Shown here in pieces: positions 53,679-63,682 of a DNA stretch of 64,000 nt. The translations under genes were made by a program, and so were the position numbers. Source of the stretch: Actinomycetota bacterium (lineage in GTDB: Bacteria > Actinomycetota > UBA4738 > HRBIN12); the NCBI GenBank assembly GCA_036556385.1, contig DATBJQ010000090.1:7057-71056 (forward strand), given 5' to 3'. Position 1 is the stretch's first letter. Each line of letters starts with the position of its first letter. A model generated the notes under the pieces. That model saw only the letters and a program-made list of their open reading frames with translations. It was not told the DNA's origin and did not search any database.

Positions 53679-55025
53679 TCAGCCGAGCACGTCGACCACG
53701 GAGGCGTCGAGCACGTCGAGCGCCTCCTCGAGGAGGGGTTCCTCGATCGTCAGCGGCGGCAGGAGCCGCAGGACGTTGCCGTAGGTCCCGGCGGGGATCA
53801 CGATCACGCCGTCGCGCAGGGCCCGGCTCGTGATCGCGCCCACCTCCGCGGCGCCGAGCGGCTCCTGGGAGCCGGGATCGGTCACCAGCTCCATCGCGCA
53901 CATCGCGCCCCGACCCCGAACGTCCCCGACCTGCGGCACGCGAGCCTGCAGGCTCCGGAGTCGGTCCATCACGATCGAGCCGATCCGGACCGACCGCTCC
54001 AGCAGACCGTCCCGCTCGATGATGTCGAGCACGGCGAGCGCCGCCGCGGCCGCGACCGGGTTGCCCCCGTAGGTGCCGCCCAGCCCGCCGACGTGCACCG
54101 AGTCCATCAGCTCGGCACGGCCGGTGATCGAGCTGATCGGCAGTCCACCGCCGAGCGACTTCGCGCTCAGGACCATGTCGGGGCGGACGCCCTCGTCCTC
54201 GATCGCGAACCAGCGTCCGGCCCGCCCCATCCCCGACTGGATCTCGTCGGCGATGAAGACGATGCCGTGCTCGGCGCAGAACGCGGCCAGCCCCTCGAGG
54301 AACCCCGGTGCCGGCACGATGAAGCCGCCCTCGCCCTGGATCGGCTCCACGATGAGCGCGGCGATCTGCTCCTCGCCGATGTGCTTGTGCATCTCATCGA
54401 CCGCGTACGCGAGGCAGGACTCGGCGCACGTCTCGGCGGTCCCACCCGTCGGACAACGGTAGGGATAGGCGAACGGCAGCCGGTAGATCTCGGGGGCGAA
54501 CGGGCCCATGCCGAGCTTGTACGGCATCACCTTGGCGGTGAGCGACATCCCCATGAGGGTCCGTCCGTGGAAGGCGTGATCGAAGGCCACGACGGCGGTT
54601 CGACCCGTGGCCTTGCGCGCGATCTTGATCGCGTTCTCGACGGCCTCCGCTCCCGAGTTCGCGAACATCGTCTTGGACGGCCCCTCGATCGGCACGAGCG
54701 CGTTGAGCCGTTCCGCGAGCTCGATGTACGGCTCGTTCGCCGTGACGTGGAAGCACGTGTGCGTCTCGAGCTCGAGCTGCCGTTGCGCCGCGGCGACCAC
54801 CTCGGGGGCCGTGTGCCCCACGTTGAGCACGGCGATCCCCGTCGCCAGGTCGATCAGCCGGTTCCCGTCGACGTCCTCCACGATCGCGCCGGACGCCCGT
54901 GCGGTGACGATCGGATGCAGGTTCGCGACGCCCACCGGGACGGCCTCGGCCCGGCGCGCGAACCATTCCGTGCTGCGCGGTCCGGGGATGTCGGTGACGA
55001 TCTTGCGTTCCTGCGGGATGTCCAT
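53679..55025 (-). CDS. gabT: Class III (omega) aminotransferase, 4-aminobutyrate aminotransferase-like
   Basis: 'DVDGNRLIDLATGIAVLNVGH', 'FANSGAEAVENAIKIARKATGR', 'FIADEIQSGMGRAGRWFA' and 'LSAKSLGGG' (the PLP lysine). Confidence 0.8.
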   Translation of the reverse strand: MDIPQERKIVTDIPGPRSTEWFARRAEAVPVGVANLHPIVTARASGAIVEDVDGNRLIDLATGIAVLNVGHTAPEVVAAAQRQLELETHTCFHVTANEPYIELAERLNALVPIEGPSKTMFANSGAEAVENAIKIARKATGRTAVVAFDHAFHGRTLMGMSLTAKVMPYKLGMGPFAPEIYRLPFAYPYRCPTGGTAETCAESCLAYAVDEMHKHIGEEQIAALIVEPIQGEGGFIVPAPGFLEGLAAFCAEHGIVFIADEIQSGMGRAGRWFAIEDEGVRPDMVLSAKSLGGGLPISSITGRAELMDSVHVGGLGGTYGGNPVAAAAALAVLDIIERDGLLERSVRIGSIVMDRLRSLQARVPQVGDVRGRGAMCAMELVTDPGSQEPLGAAEVGAITSRALRDGVIVIPAGTYGNVLRLLPPLTIEEPLLEEALDVLDASVVDVLG

Positions 55026-55135
55026 CGACGGGCTCCTTCCGCTGTGGTGCCCGGGCGCACGCCCGAGCGGCGCGGGGCAACGAACATCCTACGCGGCGCG
55101 AACCGAGGGACGGCGGGCCGGACGACGGAACCGGA

Positions 55136-57088
55136 TCAGTCGCCGGCCCCGCGGGCGTAGCGCACGTACCACTCGAAGACCGCCGGGTCACGCAGGGCGT
55201 CGGCGTTCGCGACCTCCCCCGGAGCGGCCCCCATCAAGAGGCGTTTCACCGGCACCTCGAGACGCTTGCCGTTGAGCGTGCACGGCACACCGGGCGCGGC
55301 CACGACCCGGTCCGGAACGTGCCGGGGTGAGAGCTGGGAGCGGAGGGCCTCGGCGATCGCCGTGCGGACGCCGTCGTCGAACGGGACCGTCGGCTCCATC
55401 GCGACGAACACGATCAGCTCTCCGTCGGCGCCGAGCTCTCCCGTGTCCACCACCAAGGACTCCGCGATCCCCGGGACCGCCTCGACGATGCGGTAGAACT
55501 CGCTGGTGCCGACCCGGATCCCCCCACGGTTCAACGTCGCGTCGGACCTGCCGCTGATCACGCAGCCGCCGGACGGGGTGATCCGCAGCCAGTCCCCGTG
55601 GCGCCACACACCGGGGTACGCGTCGAAGTAGCTCGCGCGGTAGCGCTCTGCGTCCGGGTCGTTCCAGAAGCCGACGGGCATCGACGGCATCGGCGCGGTG
55701 ATCACGAGCTCCCCGACCTCGTCGATCACGGAGCGACCCGATGGATCGAACGCCTCCACCTTCGCCCCGAGCCACCGGCACTGGATCTCGCCGAGCCGCA
55801 CCGGGAGGAGCGGACACGAGCCCACGACAGCCGTGCAGACGTCGGTCCCCCCGCTGATCGACCCGAGCCAGATCGACGGATCCACGCGCTCCGCCACCCA
55901 GGCGAAGCCCTCGGGGGACAGCGGCGAACCGGTGGACCCGATCGCCGCGAGCGACGAGAGATCCACCGTGGCGCGGGGATCGAGTGCACGACGCTGGCAC
56001 GCATGGAGGAAGGGGGCGCTGGTGCCGAAGTACGTGACGCCCTCCGACGCCGCGAGCCGCCACAGGGACAGGAGATCGGGATGGGACGGGCTCCCGTCGT
56101 ACAGCACGATCGTCGACCCCACGAGCAGACCGCTCACGAGGAAGTTCCACATCATCCAGCCGGTCGTCGTGAACCAGAAGAACCGGTCCTCGAGACCGAG
56201 GTCGAGGTGCAGCGAGAGGGACTTGAGGTGCTCGAGCAGGATGCCGCCGTGGCTCTGCACCATGGCCTTCGGCAGCCCGGTCGTGCCCGAGGAGTACAGG
56301 ATCCACAGGGGTTCGTCGAACGCGAGCTGCTCGAACGTCGGCGCGGCGGGTGTGCTGACGAGGTCGTCCCAGCTGAGCGCCGCGCCCTCGAACCGTGCGC
56401 TGCCCGGCCCGGGGACGAGGACGCAGGTCGTGTCCGGCAGCGCGCCGACGATGTCGGCCAGCTCGTTCCGGCGATCGAACACGCGTCCACCGAACCGATA
56501 GGCGTCGACGGCGATCAGGACGGAGGGCCGGATCTGCCGGAAGCGGTCGATGACCGCGGCCGGTCCGAAGTCGGGCGCGCACGCCGACCAGATCGCGCCG
56601 ATGCTGGCCGTGGCGAGGAGAGCCACGACCGCTTCGACGCCGTTGGGGAGGTAGGCGGCGACCCGGTCGCCCCGACGGACGCCGAGCTCCCGGAGCCCGA
56701 CCGCCGTCGCGCCGACCGCCGCCAGGAGCTCGGCTCTGGTGAGACGCGTCGCCCCACCCGCCTCGTCGAGAGCGACCACGGCCGGCCGGTCGTCGGCGCC
56801 GGCCAGGGCCGCCGCGGCGTAGTTCAGCTGCGCGCCTTCGAACCATCGGGCTCCCGGCATCTCCCGCGCGGCGAGGATCGTGCTGGGGGGCGCCGAAGCG
56901 GGGACGCCGAAGTACGTCCAGAGCGATCCCCAGAACCCGTCGAGGTCGTCGACGGACCAGCGCCAGAGGTCGTCGTACGCAGCGAAGCCCCGGCCCCGCT
57001 CGGCGAGCCAGTCCAGGTAGCGGGTCAGCGAGCTGCGCGCGCGCAGCTCCTCGGACGGCCTCCAGACGATCGGCGCGTCAGGTGACAT
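55136..57088 (-). CDS. Acetoacetyl-CoA synthetase (acetoacetate--CoA ligase, AMP-forming)
   Basis: 650 aa. 'WRWSVDDLDGFWGSLWTYFGV' is the N-terminus typical of AcsA-type acetoacetyl-CoA synthetases. AMP-binding 'YSSGTTGLPKAM'. Confidence 0.8.
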   Translation of the reverse strand: MSPDAPIVWRPSEELRARSSLTRYLDWLAERGRGFAAYDDLWRWSVDDLDGFWGSLWTYFGVPASAPPSTILAAREMPGARWFEGAQLNYAAAALAGADDRPAVVALDEAGGATRLTRAELLAAVGATAVGLRELGVRRGDRVAAYLPNGVEAVVALLATASIGAIWSACAPDFGPAAVIDRFRQIRPSVLIAVDAYRFGGRVFDRRNELADIVGALPDTTCVLVPGPGSARFEGAALSWDDLVSTPAAPTFEQLAFDEPLWILYSSGTTGLPKAMVQSHGGILLEHLKSLSLHLDLGLEDRFFWFTTTGWMMWNFLVSGLLVGSTIVLYDGSPSHPDLLSLWRLAASEGVTYFGTSAPFLHACQRRALDPRATVDLSSLAAIGSTGSPLSPEGFAWVAERVDPSIWLGSISGGTDVCTAVVGSCPLLPVRLGEIQCRWLGAKVEAFDPSGRSVIDEVGELVITAPMPSMPVGFWNDPDAERYRASYFDAYPGVWRHGDWLRITPSGGCVISGRSDATLNRGGIRVGTSEFYRIVEAVPGIAESLVVDTGELGADGELIVFVAMEPTVPFDDGVRTAIAEALRSQLSPRHVPDRVVAAPGVPCTLNGKRLEVPVKRLLMGAAPGEVANADALRDPAVFEWYVRYARGAGD

Positions 57089-57133
57089 CGGCGTCCGACC
57101 ACGATAGCGAGGCCGGCCGCATCCGAGCGGCGG

Positions 57134-58447
57134 TCAGGACGCCGCCGGGTTCGCCGCCGCCGAGGGCGGCCTGTAGCGGCGGAACGACGGGACCAGCCAG
57201 GCGATCAGCCCCGCCCCCGCGATGCAGGCGAGCCCGCCGGCCACCACGGAGGCGGCCGGCGTCGTGAGCGAGGCGACGATCCCGGCCTCCAGGTCCCCGA
57301 GGCGAGGACCCCCGGCCACCACGAGGAAGTTGATCCCGGACAGGCGGCCGCGCATCGCGTCCGGGACGGACAGCTGGATGATCGCGCCGCGGAAGATCGC
57401 GGAGATCACGTCGGACGCCCCCGCGAGCGCGAGGAACAGGACGGCGAGCCCGAGGTTGCTGCCCACGACGCCGAAGGCGGCGATGCTCGCTCCCCACGCC
57501 GCGACGGCCCAGCAGACCGCTTGCCCCTGGTGGCGGATCCGGCCGACCCATCCGCCCGTGAGCGCGCCGAGGACCGCACCCACGGCGGGCGCCGCGAACA
57601 GGAGCCCGACCACCTCGAGGCCCTCATGGAACCGCGTGATCGCGAGGATCGGGAACAGGGCGCGCGGCATCCCGAAGACCATCGCCACGATGTCGATCCC
57701 GAATGCGGCCTGCAGGACGTGGCGACCCCTGAGGTAGGCGAACCCGCGTCGCACCGCCGCCCACCCCGCGTCGTGCTCGTCGACCGTCTCCGGGGGGACC
57801 GGACGGATGCTGAGCGCGACCAGCAGCATGCAGGCGTAGGTCCCGACGTCGATCCCATAGGCCCAGCCCAGGCTCGTCCTCGCGATCACGATGCCGGCGA
57901 GGGCCGGGCCGATCAGCGTGGTCGTGTTGTGGACGACCTGATTCAGTGCGATGGCGGCCGGCAGCAGGTCGTTGCCGACCAGCCTCGGGGTCATGGCGTT
58001 GCGCACCGAGGCGTCGATCGCGGACGATCCCGCGATCAGGGAGATCCCCACGTACACGACCCCCACCGAGTCGGTCGAGGCCACGACGCCGCCCAGCAGC
58101 AGAAGGCTCCCCGCGCCGGAGGCGACCTGCGTCCAGATCAGCGTGGTCCGCCGGTCCACCACGTCGACGAAGGTTCCCCCCAGGAGGGTGCCCACGAGGA
58201 TCGCCGCGAAGCCCACGAGTCCGATCAGGCCGACCGCGACGGCCGAGCGGGTCATGTCGTAGACCTGGAAGAACGTGGCCACCGTCGTGAACTGGTAGCC
58301 GATCCCCGACACCAGCAGGCCGAACCACAGCGCGCGGAAGTCGCGGGAGGCGCGGAGGGGGGACAGGTCGATCGCGATGCGGCGGAGGCGATCGAGGCGG
58401 CGACGGCCTTCGGCCCGCCCGGACGTGTTCGCCCCACCCCGCTCCAT
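57134..58447 (-). CDS. MFS transporter
   Basis: 12 TM helices, and the loop motif '[18 protein letters not shown]'. Start at the internal Met 'MERGGANTS' (58447). Confidence 0.75.
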   Translation of the reverse strand: MERGGANTSGRAEGRRRLDRLRRIAIDLSPLRASRDFRALWFGLLVSGIGYQFTTVATFFQVYDMTRSAVAVGLIGLVGFAAILVGTLLGGTFVDVVDRRTTLIWTQVASGAGSLLLLGGVVASTDSVGVVYVGISLIAGSSAIDASVRNAMTPRLVGNDLLPAAIALNQVVHNTTTLIGPALAGIVIARTSLGWAYGIDVGTYACMLLVALSIRPVPPETVDEHDAGWAAVRRGFAYLRGRHVLQAAFGIDIVAMVFGMPRALFPILAITRFHEGLEVVGLLFAAPAVGAVLGALTGGWVGRIRHQGQAVCWAVAAWGASIAAFGVVGSNLGLAVLFLALAGASDVISAIFRGAIIQLSVPDAMRGRLSGINFLVVAGGPRLGDLEAGIVASLTTPAASVVAGGLACIAGAGLIAWLVPSFRRYRPPSAAANPAAS

Positions 58448-58566
58448 CCGCCCAGTGTCCACGGGAACCGGCCCCGTGCCGACCGCGGGGTGGTCCCGAA
58501 CCGTGCGAACGCGCGATACTGGCTGGCGCACAACCGGGTCGAGGGTCCGTCCCAAGGAGGGGAACG

Positions 58567-60003
58567 ATGGCCGACAGCTATCAGATGTTCATCGACGGGC
58601 AGTGGGTCAACTCCTCGTCGGGTGAGACGCGCGACGTGCTGAGCCCGCACACGGGCGCCGTGATGGCCTCGGTGCAGGAGGGGACGGCCGAGGACACCGA
58701 CCGCGCCGTCGCCGCGGCCAAGCGGGCGTTCGAGGAGACCTGGTTCGACACCACGCCGAAGGAGCGCCAGCTCGCGCTGCTGAAGCTCGCCGACGCGATC
58801 GAGGCCAACGCCGACGACATCGTGAAGATCGAGGCGGAGAACGCGGGTAAGCCCTACGACGTGACGATGTCGGAGGAGATCCCTCCGATCGTCGACAACC
58901 TGCGGTTCTTCGCCGGCGCCGCTCGGACCCTCGAGGGCCGCTCGGCCGGCGAGTACATGGCCGGGTTCACCTCGATCGTCCGCCGCGAGCCGATCGGCGT
59001 CGCGGGGCTGATCGCGCCGTGGAACTACCCGCTGATGATGGCCGTGTGGAAGATCGGGCCGGCCCTGGCCACGGGGAACACGGTCGTGCTCAAGCCGTCC
59101 GAGCTGACGCCCCTGACGGCGCTCAAGACGGCCGAGCTGGCCGCGGACATCTTCCCGCCCGGCGTCTTTAACGTGATCACGGGCGACGGCGTCCCGGTGG
59201 GGGACCGGCTGGTCCGGCACCCGGACGTCGGGATCGTGTCGCTCACCGGTGACGTGAACACGGGCAAGCTGATCCACACGAACGCCAGCGAGACGCTCAA
59301 GCGCGTCCACTTGGAGCTCGGCGGCAAGGCGCCGTTCGTGGTGTTCGACGACGCCGACCTCGAGGCCGTGGTCGAGTGGATCTCGATCGCCGGGTACTTC
59401 AACGCCGGACAGGACTGCACCGCCGCGTGCCGCGTGCTCGTGGGCGAGCAGGTGTACGACAAGGTGCTGAGCGACCTCGTGCCCGCGGTGGAGGACATCA
59501 AGGTCGGCGGCGCCTTCGAGCCCGACGTCGCCGTGGGCTCGATGATCTCCAAGGAGCAGCTGGAGCGGGTCGAGGGGTTCGTGGAGCGCGCGAAGGAGGG
59601 CGGCGCCGAGGTGCTCACCGGCGGTTCTGCGATGGAGAGCGACGGCTTCTACTACACGCCGACCGTGGTCGCGAACCCGACCCAGGACGCCGAGATCATC
59701 CAGAAGGAGGTCTTCGGACCGGTCGTCACCGTGCAGCGCTTCTCCGACGAGGACCAGGCGCTCGCGTGGGCGAACGGGGTGGACTACGGCCTCTCGTCCT
59801 CCGTGTGGACGCGCGACGTCGGCCGCGCGATGCGGATGGCGCGCAAGCTCCAGTACGGGTGCGTCTGGGTCAACACGCACATCCCCCTGACGCCCGAGAT
59901 GCCGCACGGCGGGTACAAGCAGTCTGGACATGGGAAGGACATGTCCGTGTACTCGTTGGAGGACTACACGAACATCAAGCACGTGATGGTGTCCCTCGAC
60001 TGA
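58567..60003 (+). CDS. NAD(P)-dependent aldehyde dehydrogenase (gamma-aminobutyraldehyde / betaine-aldehyde dehydrogenase-like)
   Basis: '[24 protein letters not shown]', '[16 protein letters not shown]' (catalytic Glu), and '[12 protein letters not shown]' (catalytic Cys). Confidence 0.85.
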   Translation: MADSYQMFIDGQWVNSSSGETRDVLSPHTGAVMASVQEGTAEDTDRAVAAAKRAFEETWFDTTPKERQLALLKLADAIEANADDIVKIEAENAGKPYDVTMSEEIPPIVDNLRFFAGAARTLEGRSAGEYMAGFTSIVRREPIGVAGLIAPWNYPLMMAVWKIGPALATGNTVVLKPSELTPLTALKTAELAADIFPPGVFNVITGDGVPVGDRLVRHPDVGIVSLTGDVNTGKLIHTNASETLKRVHLELGGKAPFVVFDDADLEAVVEWISIAGYFNAGQDCTAACRVLVGEQVYDKVLSDLVPAVEDIKVGGAFEPDVAVGSMISKEQLERVEGFVERAKEGGAEVLTGGSAMESDGFYYTPTVVANPTQDAEIIQKEVFGPVVTVQRFSDEDQALAWANGVDYGLSSSVWTRDVGRAMRMARKLQYGCVWVNTHIPLTPEMPHGGYKQSGHGKDMSVYSLEDYTNIKHVMVSLD

Positions 60004-60089
60004 GGGACCCACGACTCGGGGCGATGTCGCGAGGTGCTCGCGCCGCTGGGCGCGGCTCCGTGACCTCGCCGAGGGAGAGTGATCCGACG

Positions 60090-61517
60090 ATGGCCGTCCG
60101 TCCCTATCTCGTGAACGGCGAGTGGCGCACCGGTGGAGAGTCCTTCGAGGTGCGCAACCCCTACGACGACAGCGTCGTCGCGGAGGTCGGTGTGCCGACC
60201 GAGGCCGACGTCGAGGAGGCCGTGGCGACTGCCGCCGCGACCTTCGAGGAGGCGAAGCGGCTCCCCGTGTACGCGCGCGCCGAGGCCCTCGACCACATCT
60301 CGACGCGGCTCAAGGAGACGATCGACGAGAACGCCGCGCTGATCGCGCGCGAGGGCGGCAAGCCGCTCAAGTGGGCGACCGTGGAGGCGACCCGTGCGGT
60401 CTCGACGTTCCGGTGGGCCTCCGAGGTGATCCGCCACGGCGACGACGAGCTGATGCGGCTGGACACGGAGGCCGCGCTCGGCTCACGCGTCGGCCTCCTG
60501 CGTCGGTTCCCGTTCGGCCCGGTGCTCGGCATCACGCCGTTCAACTTCCCGCTCAACCTGGTCGCCCACAAGGTGGCGCCGTCCCTGGCGGTCGGGGCCC
60601 CGATCGTGGTCAAGCCCGCCAGCGCCACGCCGATCGGCTCCCTCCGCCTGGCCGAGTTCTTCGCCGAGACGGACCTCCCGAGGGGGATGTACCAGGTGCT
60701 GCCGGTGAGCTCGAAGGTCGCCGACGGCATGGCGCGCGACGACCGGTTCCGCAAGATCTCGTTCACCGGATCGTCGGAGATCGGCTGGTACCTGAAGGGT
60801 CTGGACCCGCGCAAGCGCGTCACGCTCGAGCTCGGCGGCAACGCCGGCGTGATCGTGCACGCGGATGCGGACCTCGACTTCGCGGCGCAGCGGATCGCCT
60901 TCGGCGGCTACTACCAGGCGGGACAGAGCTGCATCAGCGTCCAGCGTGTGCTGGTGTCGAGCGAGGTGTACGAGGACTTCGCGGACCGGCTGGTGAAGCA
61001 GGTCGGGTCGCTGAAGGTGGGCGATCCGATGGACCCGACGGTCGACGTGGGGCCCGTGATCCAGAAGAGCGAGGTCGAGCGGATCGGCGACTGGGTGGAG
61101 GAGGCGGTCTCGCAGGGCGCGACGGTGCTCACCGGGGGGACGGGGGACGGTCCGTTCTTCCAGCCCACGCTGATCGCCGATGTGCGTCCCGAGATGAAGG
61201 TCTGCCGCGACGAGGTGTTCGGCCCCGTCGTCACCATCAGCCCGTACCAGACCTTCGAGGAGGCGCTCGCGATCGTGAACGACTCCCGGTTCGGTCTGCA
61301 GGCCGGCGTGTTCACGAACGATCTCAATCGGGTGTTCGAGGCGCACCGGACCCTCGAGGTCGGCGGCATCATCGTCAACGACGTGTCGGCGTTCCGCGCC
61401 GACCAGATGCCGTACGGGGGCTCCAAGGACTCGGGGTTCGGACGAGAAGGCCTGCGGTTCGCGATGGAAGAGATGACCGAGCCGCGGATCATGGTGCTCT
61501 CGCACGTGCCGCTGTGA
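60090..61517 (+). CDS. NAD(P)-dependent aldehyde dehydrogenase (second paralog)
   Basis: GAGGGAGAG RBS. 'MAVRPYLVNGEWRTGGESFEVRNPYD', 'ELGGNAGVIVHADADL', 'GQSCISVQRVLV'. Confidence 0.85.
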   Translation: MAVRPYLVNGEWRTGGESFEVRNPYDDSVVAEVGVPTEADVEEAVATAAATFEEAKRLPVYARAEALDHISTRLKETIDENAALIAREGGKPLKWATVEATRAVSTFRWASEVIRHGDDELMRLDTEAALGSRVGLLRRFPFGPVLGITPFNFPLNLVAHKVAPSLAVGAPIVVKPASATPIGSLRLAEFFAETDLPRGMYQVLPVSSKVADGMARDDRFRKISFTGSSEIGWYLKGLDPRKRVTLELGGNAGVIVHADADLDFAAQRIAFGGYYQAGQSCISVQRVLVSSEVYEDFADRLVKQVGSLKVGDPMDPTVDVGPVIQKSEVERIGDWVEEAVSQGATVLTGGTGDGPFFQPTLIADVRPEMKVCRDEVFGPVVTISPYQTFEEALAIVNDSRFGLQAGVFTNDLNRVFEAHRTLEVGGIIVNDVSAFRADQMPYGGSKDSGFGREGLRFAMEEMTEPRIMVLSHVPL

Positions 61518-61891
61518 ACCGGGACGCCGTCTACGCCGTCCTCCCGTTCCTCGTGATCGCGGCGCTCGGCGCCGGGTTCTGGCTCGTGTTCCGTGAGCGC
61601 GCGGCCGCGCGCCGCGAGGCGCTGGATCGCCGCATCGCCGAACCCGACCTGGCGACCACGCCGTTCGCGGCCCGGCGCTCGACCCGCCCCTGGTGGGGGA
61701 GCCCCTGGCTCTGGCTCGCGGTGTGCGTGGTCTTCCTCGCCCTGGGGCTCCTCGTCTGGCCCGGGCTGTTCGGGGGGACGGTCATCTTCCTGCCCTTCGT
61801 GTGGGTCTTCCGGCCCCGGCGTGTCCCCGCGATGGATCCACGGGGCAACGGCCACCGGCAGCACGGCGACTCCGGCGCCCTGCACGGCTGA
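61514..61891 (+). CDS. Small membrane protein (hypothetical), GTG start overlapping the ALDH stop
   Basis: 'VYAVLPFLVIAALGAGFWLVF' and 'WLWLAVCVVFLALGLLVWPGLFGGTVIFLPFVWVF' are hydrophobic helices. High GC3. Confidence 0.35.
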   Translation: MNRDAVYAVLPFLVIAALGAGFWLVFRERAAARREALDRRIAEPDLATTPFAARRSTRPWWGSPWLWLAVCVVFLALGLLVWPGLFGGTVIFLPFVWVFRPRRVPAMDPRGNGHRQHGDSGALHG

Positions 61892-61897
61892 GGCCGA

Positions 61898-62563
61898 TCA
61901 CGGCGCGAGCACCTCGTCCGCGAACGTTCCCACGACCGCCGCCGCCTCCCGCTCCCGGCGCCAGAAGTAGTGGTCGGTGCCCGCGAGCACCTCGACGCGG
62001 GCGTCGCGGAAGCCCGCCGCGAAGGCGAGGAGCTCGTCGGCGGGGCAGTACTCGTCGTGCTCGCCGGCCACCAGGAGGGCGGGCCGGGCGAACAGCCGGA
62101 GGTCGGCGGGCTCGGGCAGCGGTGGCAGCGCCAGGTCGTGCGGCTGCAGCGGGGCGCCGATCAGCGCGATCGCGGCGACCCGCCGGTCGTCGAGCGCCGC
62201 GCGCAGGGCGACGCTGGCCCCGAACGACCAGCCGACCGTCAGCACCGGGGGCCCCGGATCCGCAGGGGGTATCCGCTCGAGGACGAAGCTCACGGCGGCG
62301 CGGGCGTCGCGGACCTCGTCCCTCCCACCCCCGTACGTGCCCGCAGAGCCCATCGTGCCGCGGAAGTTGAAGCCCAGCACGGCGAGACCGCGGGTGGCGG
62401 CCAGATCGTTCCGGATCGCCCACAGCACGGGGTGGTCCTTCGAACCTCCGTGTCGCGGGTGCGCGTGGCACAGCACCGCCGCTCCGCGGGGCTCCCCGTC
62501 GGGCAACCGGAGCTCGCCCTCGAGGCGCACGCCATCGTCGGTCGTGAAGGTCACCGCCTCCAT
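61898..62563 (-). CDS. Alpha/beta-fold hydrolase (dienelactone-hydrolase/BAAT-like)
   Basis: Start 'MEAVTFTTDDGVRLEGEL'. 'AAVLCHAHPRHGGS', nucleophile elbow 'VGWSFGA', C-terminal 'GTDHYF'. The upstream 470 aa of the ORF track are shadow. Confidence 0.7.
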   Translation of the reverse strand: MEAVTFTTDDGVRLEGELRLPDGEPRGAAVLCHAHPRHGGSKDHPVLWAIRNDLAATRGLAVLGFNFRGTMGSAGTYGGGRDEVRDARAAVSFVLERIPPADPGPPVLTVGWSFGASVALRAALDDRRVAAIALIGAPLQPHDLALPPLPEPADLRLFARPALLVAGEHDEYCPADELLAFAAGFRDARVEVLAGTDHYFWRREREAAAVVGTFADEVLAP

Positions 62564-62586
62564 CCGTCTGGCACCATCGCAGCGCC

Positions 62587-63564
62587 GTGGACGACGAGCA
62601 ACCACCCCGCCGCCGGCAACCCCCCGCCGGGTTCGCGCTGCGCGACCCGTACCCGTGGCCGGACCTCGCCCGTCTGACCCGGGCCGGTGAGGCGATGGGG
62701 TACGAGACGGTGTTCCTGCCCGAGGTCGGAGCCCGCGACACCCTCGCGACGCTCGCCGGGCTCGCCGGCGTGTCCACGGCCCTGGGGCTCGGCACCGGGG
62801 TCGTGCCCCTGCCGGCCCGCACGACGCGATCGCTCGCCATGGCCGCCGCGACGGTCCAGGAGCGGAGCGGTGGACGGCTGGTCCTCGGCATCGGGACGGG
62901 ACCCGCGCGCACCGGCGCGCTGGATCGGCTGCGGGAAGCGGTCGGCGCCGTGCGCCGGCTCTTCGCGGGCGAGCGTGTGGCGACGGACGGTGGCCCCCCG
63001 GTCGCGCTGGGGCTCGTGCCCGATCCGCCGCCGCCGATCTGGATCGCGGCGCTCGGCCCCCGAGCGGTGGCGCTCGCCGGCGAGGTGGCAGACGGCGTCC
63101 TGCTGAACTGGTGCACGCCGGAGCGGGTGGCGTCGGCCGCGGAGCAGGTCGCCGATGCGGCCACCCGAGCGGGTCGCGATCCGGCCGACGTGACCGTAGC
63201 GGCGTACGTGCGCGCGTGCCTCGTCGACGACGAGGGGGCCGCCGTGACCGCCGCCGCGCGCTGCACCGGCGAGTACGCCGCCTCCCGGGCTTACGCGCAG
63301 CAGTTCGCCGCGCTGGGGCTGGGCCGGGAGGCGGAGCTCGCGGCGGCCGCCGTGGCGGCGGATCGGCCACAGGACGTCCCGACGACGCTGGTGCGTGCCG
63401 TATGCCTGGTGGGGGACCGCGCGGCGGCGCGGGACCGCCTGGACGCGTATCGCGCGGCTGGAGCCCGGCTCCCGGTGGTGTACCCGATCGTGCCGGAGGG
63501 CGGGTCCCCGGCGGATCACGCGCTTGCAACCCTGCGGTCCTTGGCGCCGGACACAACCGCGTGA
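62587..63564 (+). CDS. LLM-class (luciferase-like monooxygenase family) flavin/F420-dependent oxidoreductase
   Basis: 'YETVFLPEVGARDTLATLAGLA...RLVLGIGTG...IWIAALGPRAVALAGEVADGVLLNW' is a TIM-barrel LLM pattern. Confidence 0.7.
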   Translation: MDDEQPPRRRQPPAGFALRDPYPWPDLARLTRAGEAMGYETVFLPEVGARDTLATLAGLAGVSTALGLGTGVVPLPARTTRSLAMAAATVQERSGGRLVLGIGTGPARTGALDRLREAVGAVRRLFAGERVATDGGPPVALGLVPDPPPPIWIAALGPRAVALAGEVADGVLLNWCTPERVASAAEQVADAATRAGRDPADVTVAAYVRACLVDDEGAAVTAAARCTGEYAASRAYAQQFAALGLGREAELAAAAVAADRPQDVPTTLVRAVCLVGDRAAARDRLDAYRAAGARLPVVYPIVPEGGSPADHALATLRSLAPDTTA

Positions 63565-63682
63565 CCGGTCGACCGCCGCGGTGGTTTGCGTCGAGGCAGC
63601 CACGGAGTACCATTTCAACGGTCAACACGGTGAGAATCAGCGAAACCCGGACCGCGCCGAGCGGACCCAGGGGGTGGTGGGG

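Noticed and set aside
55188-56846. 552-aa minus ORF and 495-aa plus ORF (55598..57085) inside the acetoacetyl-CoA synthetase gene
   Set aside because: These are alternate or antisense frames of a gene with an unambiguous 650-aa AMP-binding-enzyme translation.
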